A stretch of DNA of 64,000 bases from a virus (lineage: Duplodnaviria > Caudoviricetes): positions 173,725 to 237,724 of IMG/VR virus record IMGVR_UViG_3300042291_000844; one strand, given 5' to 3'. Below are positions 1-8,511 of the stretch, piece by piece. The position numbers and the translations under genes were made by a program. Positions within the stretch are counted from its first letter, which is position 1; each line of letters starts with the position of its first letter. Under the pieces are notes generated by a model. That model saw nothing but the letters and a program-made list of their open reading frames with translations, was not told where the DNA came from and did no database searches.

Positions 1-83
1 GTAACACGCAATCGAAACATATCCGTAATCAGAAACGAAGCCATTGTTACCAACGTTGCAAGGTATCCTAATAGATTTACCAT
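1..83 (-). CDS. Partial small inner-membrane protein (YgjV-like), runs off window edge
   Basis: Read by hand: ATG at 83, MVNLLGYLATLVTMASFLITDMFRLRV..., hydrophobic, overlaps stop of the 77..307 ORF. Confidence 0.5.
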   Translation of the reverse strand, partial: MVNLLGYLATLVTMASFLITDMFRLRV

Positions 84-307
84 GTTATAAGTTCTTCGTT
101 TTTAACTTCCTTATAATACTGAGTCCTTAAATCATTTAATACTTCCTGCTGTGATACATTATATTTCCCATAGGTAAGAATATACTTTAAAATATCAGTT
201 GAATCAGTAATATTTATTTTTGGACTACTTGTAGTTGGTAACCATCCCAATAGTATTAATAATCCTTTTGTTTGTTCTGCTGTTAATTTAAACAATTTTT
301 CTTTCAT
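77..307 (-). CDS. Hypothetical protein
   Basis: 76 aa ORF abutting neighbours. Confidence 0.7.
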   Translation of the reverse strand: MKEKLFKLTAEQTKGLLILLGWLPTTSSPKINITDSTDILKYILTYGKYNVSQQEVLNDLRTQYYKEVKNEELITW

Positions 308-308
308 A

Positions 309-809
309 TTAATATTTTATTTGTTGCCATTCATTGTTTATAAACTTCCAATGTTGTATGTGATTAATCCCCACTTCAAATGGTATACTGATAAAGGATG
401 CTTGAATATCGGTATAACCTTTTTTCTTTAATCCTTCCCACACTACTCTATTGTTCTTATAGTGTTCTATTATTCGATATGGATACCACAATAACTCAGT
501 TGTAGAGTTATCACTAAATTGAATATAATCTACTTTCCAATCTCCGTAATCGCCGGTATCATTCCAATAACGTAACTTACGTGCAGGTAATCTAAATATA
601 CCCTCTGATTTAAATTGTTCGTAGTGGTTGTATTTATTCATCTCAACATCACATCCTCTTTTATATTGTGGAGCGATTAAATCTAAATCCCAATATCCAC
701 CATACTCAATACCATACCAACCCCTATCTTCTAAAAACGCCTTAGCAACAATCCTATCGTATGTATCATCGTGATTTAGTGCTGCGGGTTTGGTTACTAC
801 ATTATTCAT
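309..809 (-). CDS. Putative PD-(D/E)xK nuclease-fold protein
   Basis: WDLDL...GCDVEMNK resembles the D...(D/E)xK core; RLPARK basic motif. Confidence 0.45.
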   Translation of the reverse strand: MNNVVTKPAALNHDDTYDRIVAKAFLEDRGWYGIEYGGYWDLDLIAPQYKRGCDVEMNKYNHYEQFKSEGIFRLPARKLRYWNDTGDYGDWKVDYIQFSDNSTTELLWYPYRIIEHYKNNRVVWEGLKKKGYTDIQASFISIPFEVGINHIQHWKFINNEWQQIKY

Positions 810-1153
810 TAGTTAAGATTTATACTTGATTCGAATTTACTCCTTTCAATTGGTTCATATGAATAGGGGGATTCCTTAATTTGTTTAATCATTTTATACA
901 ATACCGCACATTCCTCATACCACTCCACCTCCGTTGCCCATTCTAACATTTCAGTTATATCTGATATCTTTTCATCCATTGATATTGAGGTATCAGACAT
1001 CAACTCAGTTCGGAATCTCACATCCATTAACATATGGATAGAATGTTCAAATAATTTATCGCGTAGGGAATTAAGAGCTTCAAAGTTTTTATCTCCGGTT
1101 ACCCATTCATTACTTTCGTGTTCATCTGAATTAAACATATCATCCCAAGCCAT
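809..1153 (-). CDS. Hypothetical protein with UVR-like helical motif
   Basis: EWATEVEWYEECAVL resembles the UvrB/UvrC hairpin; similar to 21558..21890. Confidence 0.6.
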   Translation of the reverse strand: MAWDDMFNSDEHESNEWVTGDKNFEALNSLRDKLFEHSIHMLMDVRFRTELMSDTSISMDEKISDITEMLEWATEVEWYEECAVLYKMIKQIKESPYSYEPIERSKFESSINLN

Positions 1154-1156
1154 AAT

Positions 1157-1858
1157 CTATTGTGTTTTAAGTTTCTTTTTATATTTCTTTGCTGCCTTTA
1201 TTAATTCCTTATTTAGTGGTTGTGTTTCTACCGAAACCATTACTACTGCACTGCTATCTAATGCGGATAATTTTTCCTCAAATTCATCAGCCATACCTTC
1301 GTAATCATATACCCTATTACCCACATCATCAGTATAAAAGTTTACAGGGACCGTAAAGAATACAGCACCGGTATCTTGTTTATATGGGTTACCATCAAAC
1401 CCACCATCAATGGAATCTATATCAAATCCCTCTTCGTGTGCATTATGTTCTGCAATTGCAGCATCTACTGAATCCTCAGTATACTCGCGTGTCTGCCATT
1501 CATCATCATATAATCCCAACTGCTCATCATATTCCATCATTTCTGTCAGACGGGTTCTAACTGATTCCTTTACATCGCTATGAAAGACAGCGTTTGCAAC
1601 CTCATCATCTTGCCATTCGGTTAACTTTTCTTTTAACTCTTCGTTATCAGTTTCCCTATACTCATCTGCTCTATCTAATACCCAATTCTTAAATGATGTT
1701 TGATGATATCCTAATCCTACAATGAGGGTTTGGAACGCATCCATCAATTCATCTAAATCAGTATCGCTATGGTCTATCTCAACCGATACCTTTGTACCAT
1801 ATTGTTGAGCCGTAATGATTGTGGGCTTTATAAAGTCCGTTATACTTTTGTTATTCAT
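1157..1858 (-). CDS. Acidic hypothetical protein
   Basis: 233 aa, D/E-rich. Confidence 0.75.
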   Translation of the reverse strand: MNNKSITDFIKPTIITAQQYGTKVSVEIDHSDTDLDELMDAFQTLIVGLGYHQTSFKNWVLDRADEYRETDNEELKEKLTEWQDDEVANAVFHSDVKESVRTRLTEMMEYDEQLGLYDDEWQTREYTEDSVDAAIAEHNAHEEGFDIDSIDGGFDGNPYKQDTGAVFFTVPVNFYTDDVGNRVYDYEGMADEFEEKLSALDSSAVVMVSVETQPLNKELIKAAKKYKKKLKTQ

Positions 1859-1869
1859 ATTATTTGTTT

Positions 1870-2001
1870 TTAATTGTTTTCATCTAAATCCCAATCGGCC
1901 TCGTTGTTATCCCCAATGGTGTTACCCATCTTTACCATCATATAGGTAAATCCTATAACTCCACTAAACCATACTACCATTATTATTATTTCCGTTTCCA
2001 T
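1870..2001 (-). CDS. Small single-TM protein (43 aa, not in ORF track)
   Basis: METEIIIMVVWFSGVIGFTYMMVKMGNTIGDNNEADWDLDENN; fills the gap. Confidence 0.6.
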   Translation of the reverse strand: METEIIIMVVWFSGVIGFTYMMVKMGNTIGDNNEADWDLDENN

Positions 2002-2005
2002 CTTC

Positions 2006-2620
2006 TTATATTGTTGAACAGTAATTTACTCTCCATAACCCATCAGACCCCTTTACTAAATATCTCCCACATCTCCTTTTAGCATCTTGTCGCTTCAAAT
2101 TATGTAGGTGATGTATAAATGAACCTCCCCTTTCTTTGTCGCTAAAACCTCTTATTTTCAATTGATAGTAGTTCTGCATATCAGTAAATCGAACCCCATT
2201 CCCCAATACACCACCAGAGTTGCATTCCACAAAGTCCAGTAGCTCTTGTGCCACCCATCCCCATTCGCCCTTCACTAGTTTCTCACCACCAGTTATCCGA
2301 TAGTAATCCGACCTTACCCTATTAAGGAAGTCCGAATAAGTGTTCCAATACTTACCGGCAGTGATTATCATATCTAATTCACGCCAGATAACGAAACGGT
2401 CTTCAGTCGTGTATCGGGTATTCATCATAACCCAATCACGAAGCCTTAATAGACCCGTAGTATATTCCGGTGTCAGTTCAGCATATGATATGTAGTAGGG
2501 TTCTATACTCGCTAACTCCTCTCTCGTACTCCGTGCTGGGGTATAGGTAGGTGTAGGGTATTGTAGTGTACTACTTAGTATACTATGTAGTGTAGGAGTA
2601 TTAAGGCTTGTAGGGTTCAT
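2006..2620 (-). CDS. Hypothetical protein
   Basis: 204 aa ORF, T/P-rich N-terminus. Confidence 0.7.
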   Translation of the reverse strand: MNPTSLNTPTLHSILSSTLQYPTPTYTPARSTREELASIEPYYISYAELTPEYTTGLLRLRDWVMMNTRYTTEDRFVIWRELDMIITAGKYWNTYSDFLNRVRSDYYRITGGEKLVKGEWGWVAQELLDFVECNSGGVLGNGVRFTDMQNYYQLKIRGFSDKERGGSFIHHLHNLKRQDAKRRCGRYLVKGSDGLWRVNYCSTI

Positions 2621-2634
2621 ATACGCAACGTCGT

Positions 2635-2811
2635 TTAAGGTTTAAATGTTTTTCTTCTTTGTTCTTCGAACCACTTATGTAGTTCTTCGTTTCTCTTACG
2701 CGGGAATCTTTTATCCTCTTCGGGAAAGTACTTCTCCCATAGAACCAATGCCCACATAATAATGCCAAAGGATACTAAGGTTATACCTGTTAGTAAATCT
2801 GCACGTTCCAT
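2635..2811 (-). CDS. Small single-TM protein (58 aa, not in ORF track)
   Basis: MERADLLTGITLVSFGIIMWALVLWEKYF...; start overlaps upstream stop (TAATG). Confidence 0.65.
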   Translation of the reverse strand: MERADLLTGITLVSFGIIMWALVLWEKYFPEEDKRFPRKRNEELHKWFEEQRRKTFKP

Positions 2812-3662
2812 TATTCTAAAATGTTTATATTGGTTAACAATGGTTTTAGGTGGAGGTTTTCTTTAAGGTAATCCATATGAATATAGTAGTGTTCAAATTG
2901 AACGGCCTTTATATCACTTGAAAAGGGTGAACCTTCATATACCCATTCTTTATATGGACTCTTATATAATTGTCCTGCATAAGGATTAAACTTTAATAAC
3001 CCACTATTAGATATCTTTAAATAATCTAAATAAGGATTTTTTATTTTTAAATAAGGTTGGTCATTAAATAACATCGGTGCGTGATAAATCTCATTTGATT
3101 CAAAGTTTATCAAGTTAATTTTATATTTTTTGTTTTCCTTAAAGTATTGTTTGATTATATCTAACTCACATCCTTCAGTATCTATTGATACCCAATCAAT
3201 TACCTCCGGTGTTTTGTACTTATCGAATAGAGAACATAGTGTAAGTGTATTAACATCAAACTCACCTACTACCTCCGACATCCTTGCATCGTTTATCGAA
3301 CTCTTTAATCCTGAATATGATGGTATCTCCCTACATTCAAATACTGCAGTTCCGTTTGAATCTGATATTGCTTCGGTACTGATATTACAATTTCTATGTA
3401 ACTTCAATTCTTCTTTCCAAGTAGGATTTGGTTCTACTACAATACCATTCCACCCCAATGTTCTTTCAAATAAAAATGATTGAGACATTCTAATTCCATC
3501 CAAAGCACCTACCTCTACAAAATAACCATTTCGTTTATTTCCAAATACCACATCTTTATAAAAGATATCGTTATACAAATCATGATAAAATGGTTCGTAT
3601 ATATACTCACCTAATTCGGTATGAGTTTGTCGGTTACTATCTATATCTGATGCGTGTTCCAT
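2811..3662 (-). CDS. FkbM-family SAM-dependent methyltransferase
   Basis: FVEVGALDG, GWNGIVVEPNP, IDWVSIDTEG motifs; start moved to ATG 3662 (TAATG coupling). Confidence 0.85.
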   Translation of the reverse strand: MEHASDIDSNRQTHTELGEYIYEPFYHDLYNDIFYKDVVFGNKRNGYFVEVGALDGIRMSQSFLFERTLGWNGIVVEPNPTWKEELKLHRNCNISTEAISDSNGTAVFECREIPSYSGLKSSINDARMSEVVGEFDVNTLTLCSLFDKYKTPEVIDWVSIDTEGCELDIIKQYFKENKKYKINLINFESNEIYHAPMLFNDQPYLKIKNPYLDYLKISNSGLLKFNPYAGQLYKSPYKEWVYEGSPFSSDIKAVQFEHYYIHMDYLKENLHLKPLLTNINILE

Positions 3663-3856
3663 TATTTCTTTTTTGGGTTTGGTTTGGTCACATCCCTTAA
3701 CATCTCCCAATCTTCTTTGGATATGGGTTTAGCAAGGAATATAGATTGTCGTATAAATGGGGATTGTGCTATGTGCATGAAATCTGACCTCTTCCTTTCA
3801 AATACTTCAACGAACTCATCATACGTCTTTGTTCCTGTTATAATATCTATTGACAT
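3662..3856 (-). CDS. Small hypothetical protein
   Basis: 64 aa directly behind the promoter at 3871-3907. Confidence 0.7.
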   Translation of the reverse strand: MSIDIITGTKTYDEFVEVFERKRSDFMHIAQSPFIRQSIFLAKPISKEDWEMLRDVTKPNPKKK

Positions 3857-3870
3857 GGTGGTTATTATTT

Positions 3871-3907
3871 AAAGCTAAGATACGAATAAAAATCCGTATT
3901 TCCAAAT
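3871..3907 (-). promoter_or_regulatory. Bacteroidota-type promoter (TTTG-N20-TATCTTAG)
   Basis: Minus strand ATTTGGAAATACGGATTTTTATTCGTATCTTAGCTTT; 41-bp identity with 9947-9987. Confidence 0.8.
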
Positions 3908-3912
3908 TTATT

Positions 3913-4269
3913 TTAAGTTTTTAAGTAGTTCTCCTCTATCAGATGCTTAAAGTAATCCTCTATGGACTTCATAAACTCATTAGGGGTTTTCATATTTTTA
4001 GGACTAAACCCAAATGTTGGATAGGTGAATGGTGGAAATACTGCATTAGGGCCGGAGGTATCATCCATCAATTGTAAGGTATAGAATTCACCAACGAAAT
4101 TATGTTCTAATACCCTATTTAATACCAACCTCATATAATGGTTATAGGTATCCGATTTAATGGCCATATGATAGGATTCCGGTATGGGGGTAGTAACCCT
4201 AGTGATATGATAATCAGTCCCTATTATATGGGTGTTATTAATTTTTTCTATGTTTCGTATTGTTAACAT
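3913..4269 (-). CDS. Hypothetical protein
   Basis: 118 aa ORF. Confidence 0.7.
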   Translation of the reverse strand: MLTIRNIEKINNTHIIGTDYHITRVTTPIPESYHMAIKSDTYNHYMRLVLNRVLEHNFVGEFYTLQLMDDTSGPNAVFPPFTYPTFGFSPKNMKTPNEFMKSIEDYFKHLIEENYLKT

Positions 4270-4507
4270 ATTGTTTTATTTTATATACAACCATTACACT
4301 CAGTATTAGGATATTGAATGCGTAGTTAAAAAGGAGTGGCATATCTCTTAATGGTATAATGTATATAAACATAAACACTTCACCCAAATACCACATCATA
4401 AGGAATGGCCAACCTAAGTGGCATCTCCCATCTTTAATTGTTCTTATCATTTCAGGGAACGCACATACTCCTAAGAATATTGCCCCTAAGTAACCCAGTA
4501 TTTCCAT
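4238..4507 (-). CDS. PQ-loop/SemiSWEET-like 3-TM membrane protein
   Basis: LGYLGAIFLGVCAFPEMIRTIK (PE in place of PQ), three hydrophobic helices. Confidence 0.7.
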   Translation of the reverse strand: MEILGYLGAIFLGVCAFPEMIRTIKDGRCHLGWPFLMMWYLGEVFMFIYIIPLRDMPLLFNYAFNILILSVMVVYKIKQYVNNTKHRKN

Positions 4508-4528
4508 ATTATCGTTTTTGTAGTTTTT

Positions 4529-4942
4529 CTATTTCCTCATCCAGTGAGGTAGGCTGTTTATCATATTATATAGTTGTGCTGATATAGAGAATGCTGATGA
4601 TATCGGCGATATCGGCATTGATAGGTTTTCTAAATCTATTAACCTCTCTACCAATAATTCCCAATTCTGTCTGAACCCACTTATTGTCCGAATCGCATCG
4701 GTTTGGACTTGTATTTGAGTATGTAGTTTATTTTTAGGATTACCCAACCAGATGATATGCTCATGTGGATTTGGATTATTAATATGTAAGGATAACTCCC
4801 ACTTCGGTTTCTGTGGTAAGTTTAGATTCAATACATCTGCAAGGTATTCCGTTTCATACGCATTGTGTATTGGGTTAACTATACAATAACCTCTATATGT
4901 AATACCACTCAATTTCTCCCACCCTTTTATTTTTACTCCCAT
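4529..4942 (-). CDS. Hypothetical protein
   Basis: 137 aa ORF; N-terminus resembles 3913..4269 and 6108..6422 in style. Confidence 0.7.
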   Translation of the reverse strand: MGVKIKGWEKLSGITYRGYCIVNPIHNAYETEYLADVLNLNLPQKPKWELSLHINNPNPHEHIIWLGNPKNKLHTQIQVQTDAIRTISGFRQNWELLVERLIDLENLSMPISPISSAFSISAQLYNMINSLPHWMRK

Positions 4943-6108
4943 TAGATTAAACTTTTAGGTTTAGTTACATTACCAATCTCATAAAGCCTATCTATGAAAA
5001 GGTCTTTACATATTTGTTTACGATACTCTGAATTAAAGTATAACTCCTGATTGTATCTGCAGATGGTTCTCACCTCAGGCGAATCCCATACTCTTGCCAA
5101 TTCTACGGCACTATCTATAATTTTAGTTATCTTCTCTCCACCACCCATATCGTCATAATCCTCATTGATTACGGAATTGAATGTTTTGAATCCCATATCC
5201 CTTAGGGCTTTGAGATGTCCTTTCGATGCTGATATAACAAATGGTCTTCCTAAGTATATTGCCTTAAATGTTTTTTCCGTTAGGTGTATTGCATCATCAT
5301 CTAATATCGTTTCGGTTATAATATCTACTTTACTTCGATAATACCATTCTGGGTTTATGGTGAATAGGAATTCATCGTGGTACGATAATCTACTACCATA
5401 CATCACATCCCCTTCCAATTGGATACCATCAAACTCATCTATGTTTATATTCAGTTCGGATATTAGTTTCTTACTTATCTTATTAGCGGGTACAAAGTTA
5501 TCTACCCACGTGAAACGAGTATCTCCTAGCAATCCCCTATTAAACAACTCTTCTATGATTCGGTATTTGTGATGATACATCCTTCGGTTTAAACATAAGA
5601 ACTCCTTATCCGGTTGGATAGTGGGGTTCATACCTAACTCACCAATATCACCCTTCATATGATTATAGGTTGATAAGAAAAAATGTGGGAAATAGAAAGT
5701 ATTCAAGGTGTGGTTATTATATCGTATTTTATGTATCCCAATTCTTGATGAATCATTCTTCACCACAATCAAGCGATTGATATCAATTCCCTTTAATTTT
5801 AACGCATTCAAAAAGGATACACTCAATTTATCTACCCTCTGATGTGCCTCTCTAGAGAAATCCCCCATAAAGTAAAAGTTCTGATGTTGTATCCTATCCA
5901 ATAGGTTTAGGAACTCATCTGATATAGTATTGGTTGTATATGGAAGCTTGGGACTGGTTTCCCATACAAAGACTAAGAAGTTTAGTTTGCTCGGGTCTAT
6001 GATATCGGTATTCACATTCTTAAAACGAATACCTATATCCATTCTTTCAAGCATTTCCCTAACACCAGAACCTTCCATTATATCGGTATACCAAAAATCT
6101 ATTTCCAT
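4942..6108 (-). CDS. Conserved phage protein, possible glycosyltransferase-like fold
   Basis: FLCLNRR...IITET...LTEKTFKAI...PFVI; paralog of 38044..39192. Confidence 0.55.
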   Translation of the reverse strand: MEIDFWYTDIMEGSGVREMLERMDIGIRFKNVNTDIIDPSKLNFLVFVWETSPKLPYTTNTISDEFLNLLDRIQHQNFYFMGDFSREAHQRVDKLSVSFLNALKLKGIDINRLIVVKNDSSRIGIHKIRYNNHTLNTFYFPHFFLSTYNHMKGDIGELGMNPTIQPDKEFLCLNRRMYHHKYRIIEELFNRGLLGDTRFTWVDNFVPANKISKKLISELNINIDEFDGIQLEGDVMYGSRLSYHDEFLFTINPEWYYRSKVDIITETILDDDAIHLTEKTFKAIYLGRPFVISASKGHLKALRDMGFKTFNSVINEDYDDMGGGEKITKIIDSAVELARVWDSPEVRTICRYNQELYFNSEYRKQICKDLFIDRLYEIGNVTKPKSLI

Positions 6109-6422
6109 TATACTGCTGATTTCTGAAATGATATCATCTTACTTAATAATTTATCCCTATCCTTTAAATTCGGAATCGTAATGATTTGATTCGTATTTGA
6201 TTTCTTCTTTCTATCCTCAAACGAAATTAGGACACCCCTTCTATTGGTGTAATCCTTATATATCATTATCTCATTGTAATCAGTACTATGTGACCACGCT
6301 ATATGGTATAGGTAGTATTCAGTATTCTCACCCCTATACGCAATTTGTACACTACTACCATCAAGTAGTATATGTCTAGCTGTTAGCTTATTGGGGTCGT
6401 CTAACCGGATTTTTCTACTCAT
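6108..6422 (-). CDS. Hypothetical protein
   Basis: 104 aa, coupled to neighbours. Confidence 0.7.
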   Translation of the reverse strand: MSRKIRLDDPNKLTARHILLDGSSVQIAYRGENTEYYLYHIAWSHSTDYNEIMIYKDYTNRRGVLISFEDRKKKSNTNQIITIPNLKDRDKLLSKMISFQKSAV

Positions 6423-6691
6423 TATTCAATCGTTACATTTAATCCCCTCAATACTAAGGCATCTTTGTATTTAACCAAATCCTCATATGAACCCCTTTTG
6501 ACAGAACACTTACCGGTATTGTGAATAATCATTGCACATTGTTCCGCTTGTGTCGCCTCATGCCCTAATAAAGTAATAAGACAAAGGATGACCCATTCAA
6601 AGGTATTGTAATCATCGTTCCAAATAATGAGGTTAGATTCTAATCCTGTCCCAATTACCTCATCCAATTCTATTTCATCTAATTCAATCAT
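6422..6691 (-). CDS. clpS: ATP-dependent Clp protease adaptor ClpS
   Basis: LIIWNDDYNTFEWVILCL...AMIIHNTGKCSV, Bacteroidota-type ClpS signature. Confidence 0.9.
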   Translation of the reverse strand: MIELDEIELDEVIGTGLESNLIIWNDDYNTFEWVILCLITLLGHEATQAEQCAMIIHNTGKCSVKRGSYEDLVKYKDALVLRGLNVTIE

Positions 6692-6945
6692 ATTACATTT
6701 GCTTTATCCCATTCCTTTTTAAGATACCATCGGTACTTAACTTGTGAATCCTCATTAAACTCTTCTAAGATATAAGTAAGAAGCCCTTTGGTGGATGCAT
6801 CATATACCCCCGACGTATAAGTCCAAGCTAATTGTTGGCGATGGTTATGCGCCTGAACCTTAGTTCGAATCATCCAATCCCATTCATCTTTTATCAACCA
6901 ACCCAACCATTCCTTTTGTATTGGTTTTAATACTTCATGTTTCAT
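6688..6945 (-). CDS. Hypothetical protein
   Basis: 85 aa, ATGA overlap with clpS. Confidence 0.7.
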   Translation of the reverse strand: MKHEVLKPIQKEWLGWLIKDEWDWMIRTKVQAHNHRQQLAWTYTSGVYDASTKGLLTYILEEFNEDSQVKYRWYLKKEWDKANVI

Positions 6946-6983
6946 ATCAATTCGTTTTGCGTAACACTAATACTACAAATGAC

Positions 6984-7112
6984 TCATCCTCCCATAGTAG
7001 TAAGGATAAGAACTAAGTAATTACTCAATCCCCATAAGAGAAAGAGTATACCTAAGCCAACCCCTATAAGGAAACCTATACTACCAATAACTCTCTCTAC
7101 CCACTTACTCAC
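6984..7112 (-). CDS. Small membrane peptide (42 aa, GTG start, not in ORF track)
   Basis: MSKWVERVIGSIGFLIGVGLGILFLLWGLSNYLVLILTTMGG. Confidence 0.5.
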   Translation of the reverse strand: MSKWVERVIGSIGFLIGVGLGILFLLWGLSNYLVLILTTMGG

Positions 7113-7284
7113 CTACCAACTCCAACATATCCCTCCAAGCAAGAGAACACTCATTACTCTCCGAACCACCCTCCTCAATCTCAGATACAGCAAGGTGATA
7201 TAAATCCCTTAACTCATCTGCCTGTTTGGGATACATATCTATTAATCTCAGTACCTCCAATCTCAACTCTCTTAAACCTATCAT
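7105..7284 (-). CDS. Small acidic helical protein (59 aa, not in ORF track)
   Basis: MIGLRELRLEVLRLIDMYPKQADELRDLYHLAVSEIEEGGSESNECSLAWRDMLELVGE; ATGA overlap with 7281..7496. Confidence 0.7.
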   Translation of the reverse strand: MIGLRELRLEVLRLIDMYPKQADELRDLYHLAVSEIEEGGSESNECSLAWRDMLELVGE

Positions 7285-7496
7285 ATCGTATTCCTATTTA
7301 TTGTTTCGTTTGTCGGTAATACATAATGGATATCTAATTCACTTAGGACACTTTGTATCATTGAATCACCTATTCCACTATTGGTTTTTGTATGTTCTAA
7401 GTAGTGGTCTATATACATTTGTGCCGTTACTACCTTACCATCCTTTGTGACTTCTATCTTAATGATACCACTTTCATTTGTTATTTCGTTACTCAT
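7281..7496 (-). CDS. Hypothetical protein
   Basis: 71 aa behind promoter 7514-7547. Confidence 0.7.
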   Translation of the reverse strand: MSNEITNESGIIKIEVTKDGKVVTAQMYIDHYLEHTKTNSGIGDSMIQSVLSELDIHYVLPTNETINRNTI

Positions 7497-7513
7497 ATTA
7501 TTAATTATTTATA

Positions 7514-7547
7514 CCAAAGATACGAAAAGTATTCCATATTTCCAAAT
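7514..7547 (-). promoter_or_regulatory. Bacteroidota-type promoter (TTTG-N20-TATCTTTG)
   Basis: Canonical -33/-7 elements. Confidence 0.8.
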
Positions 7548-7568
7548 CTAAAAAAGAAGTACCCACCC

Positions 7569-7955
7569 TTAACTTCCCATTTGAAGCCTATCATTGGAAT
7601 AACACTCCCGAATCCCATTAAGGATATCCCTACCATCTTCCCCATAGACCTCGAAATCTAAGACTCCCCCTAAATGTTTGACAATCGCTGAACCATTTAG
7701 GGTAATCAAATGGGGTGTATGACCATCTTCTAGAAACCCTATATGGACTTCGAATCCCTTGCCAAAGTTATGTAAGGAATCAAAATGCCAAATCATCTTT
7801 TCAATACCTGCCTTATGGCGTTCGGTTAATCGGTAGTTTCCGTTTGGAGTACGTGTTCCTGTTGGACCACTAGTAACTGTTACTATTGGTATTGTATTTC
7901 CACTACTCATTACCTTTTTAATAATTCCTAATGTATTTGCTGTATTCATACTCAT
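7569..7955 (-). CDS. Hypothetical protein
   Basis: 128 aa ORF. Confidence 0.75.
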   Translation of the reverse strand: MSMNTANTLGIIKKVMSSGNTIPIVTVTSGPTGTRTPNGNYRLTERHKAGIEKMIWHFDSLHNFGKGFEVHIGFLEDGHTPHLITLNGSAIVKHLGGVLDFEVYGEDGRDILNGIRECYSNDRLQMGS

Positions 7956-8019
7956 ATTGACTCATTTATTCTTTGATATACTATATCACCCCATAGGGGT
8001 AACCAACCTATTTTTTCCT

Positions 8020-8150
8020 AGAGTGAAAAAGCTCGCCTCGATAAAAAAACGTATCCGAGCCCCTTCGGGCCTCTTCGCCTTTTCTTGAGTTACAAGAAAC
8101 CTCAAGGGGGCGGGGTCAGCGTGAGCTCCCCTCCCTCGTGATACATATTG
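8020..8150 (-). other. GC-rich multi-hairpin intergenic element with U-tracts (terminator/attenuator or sRNA)
   Basis: Stems GGGG..CCCC, CTTGAG/CTCAAG, GCCC-GAAG-GGGC, GCTCG/CGAGC, followed by T7 and T5 runs. Confidence 0.45.
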
Positions 8151-8158
8151 TTACATAC

Positions 8159-8497
8159 TTAGCCTAAGAGGTCTACTTGTGGGTTTGCCGCAATTTCCTC
8201 CGGAGTCATAGAACTTGAGAGACCTAACTCTTGAAGTTCGCGAATCGCTTCCCTCTTTCCTCCCCTAATAAGATTCTCTGCTCCCTGTACATCTACCGCG
8301 ATAATTGCTTTATCTAAAGTGATGTATCTTCTATCTATGATAGATTTCATTTTTGCTGGTCCCTTCTCTATCCATACCATATCGGGATACTTCTCTGATG
8401 GGGTATATAGAATCTTTACGTTCTTATACTTCCATACTCCCTCTTCCATTTCTTTTAATCCGTTCATACTATTGTGTGTTTTATTTATTTGAGTCAT
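8159..8497 (-). CDS. Hypothetical protein
   Basis: 112 aa ORF. Confidence 0.75.
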   Translation of the reverse strand: MTQINKTHNSMNGLKEMEEGVWKYKNVKILYTPSEKYPDMVWIEKGPAKMKSIIDRRYITLDKAIIAVDVQGAENLIRGGKREAIRELQELGLSSSMTPEEIAANPQVDLLG

Positions 8498-8511
8498 TTT
8501 AATTATTAGTG

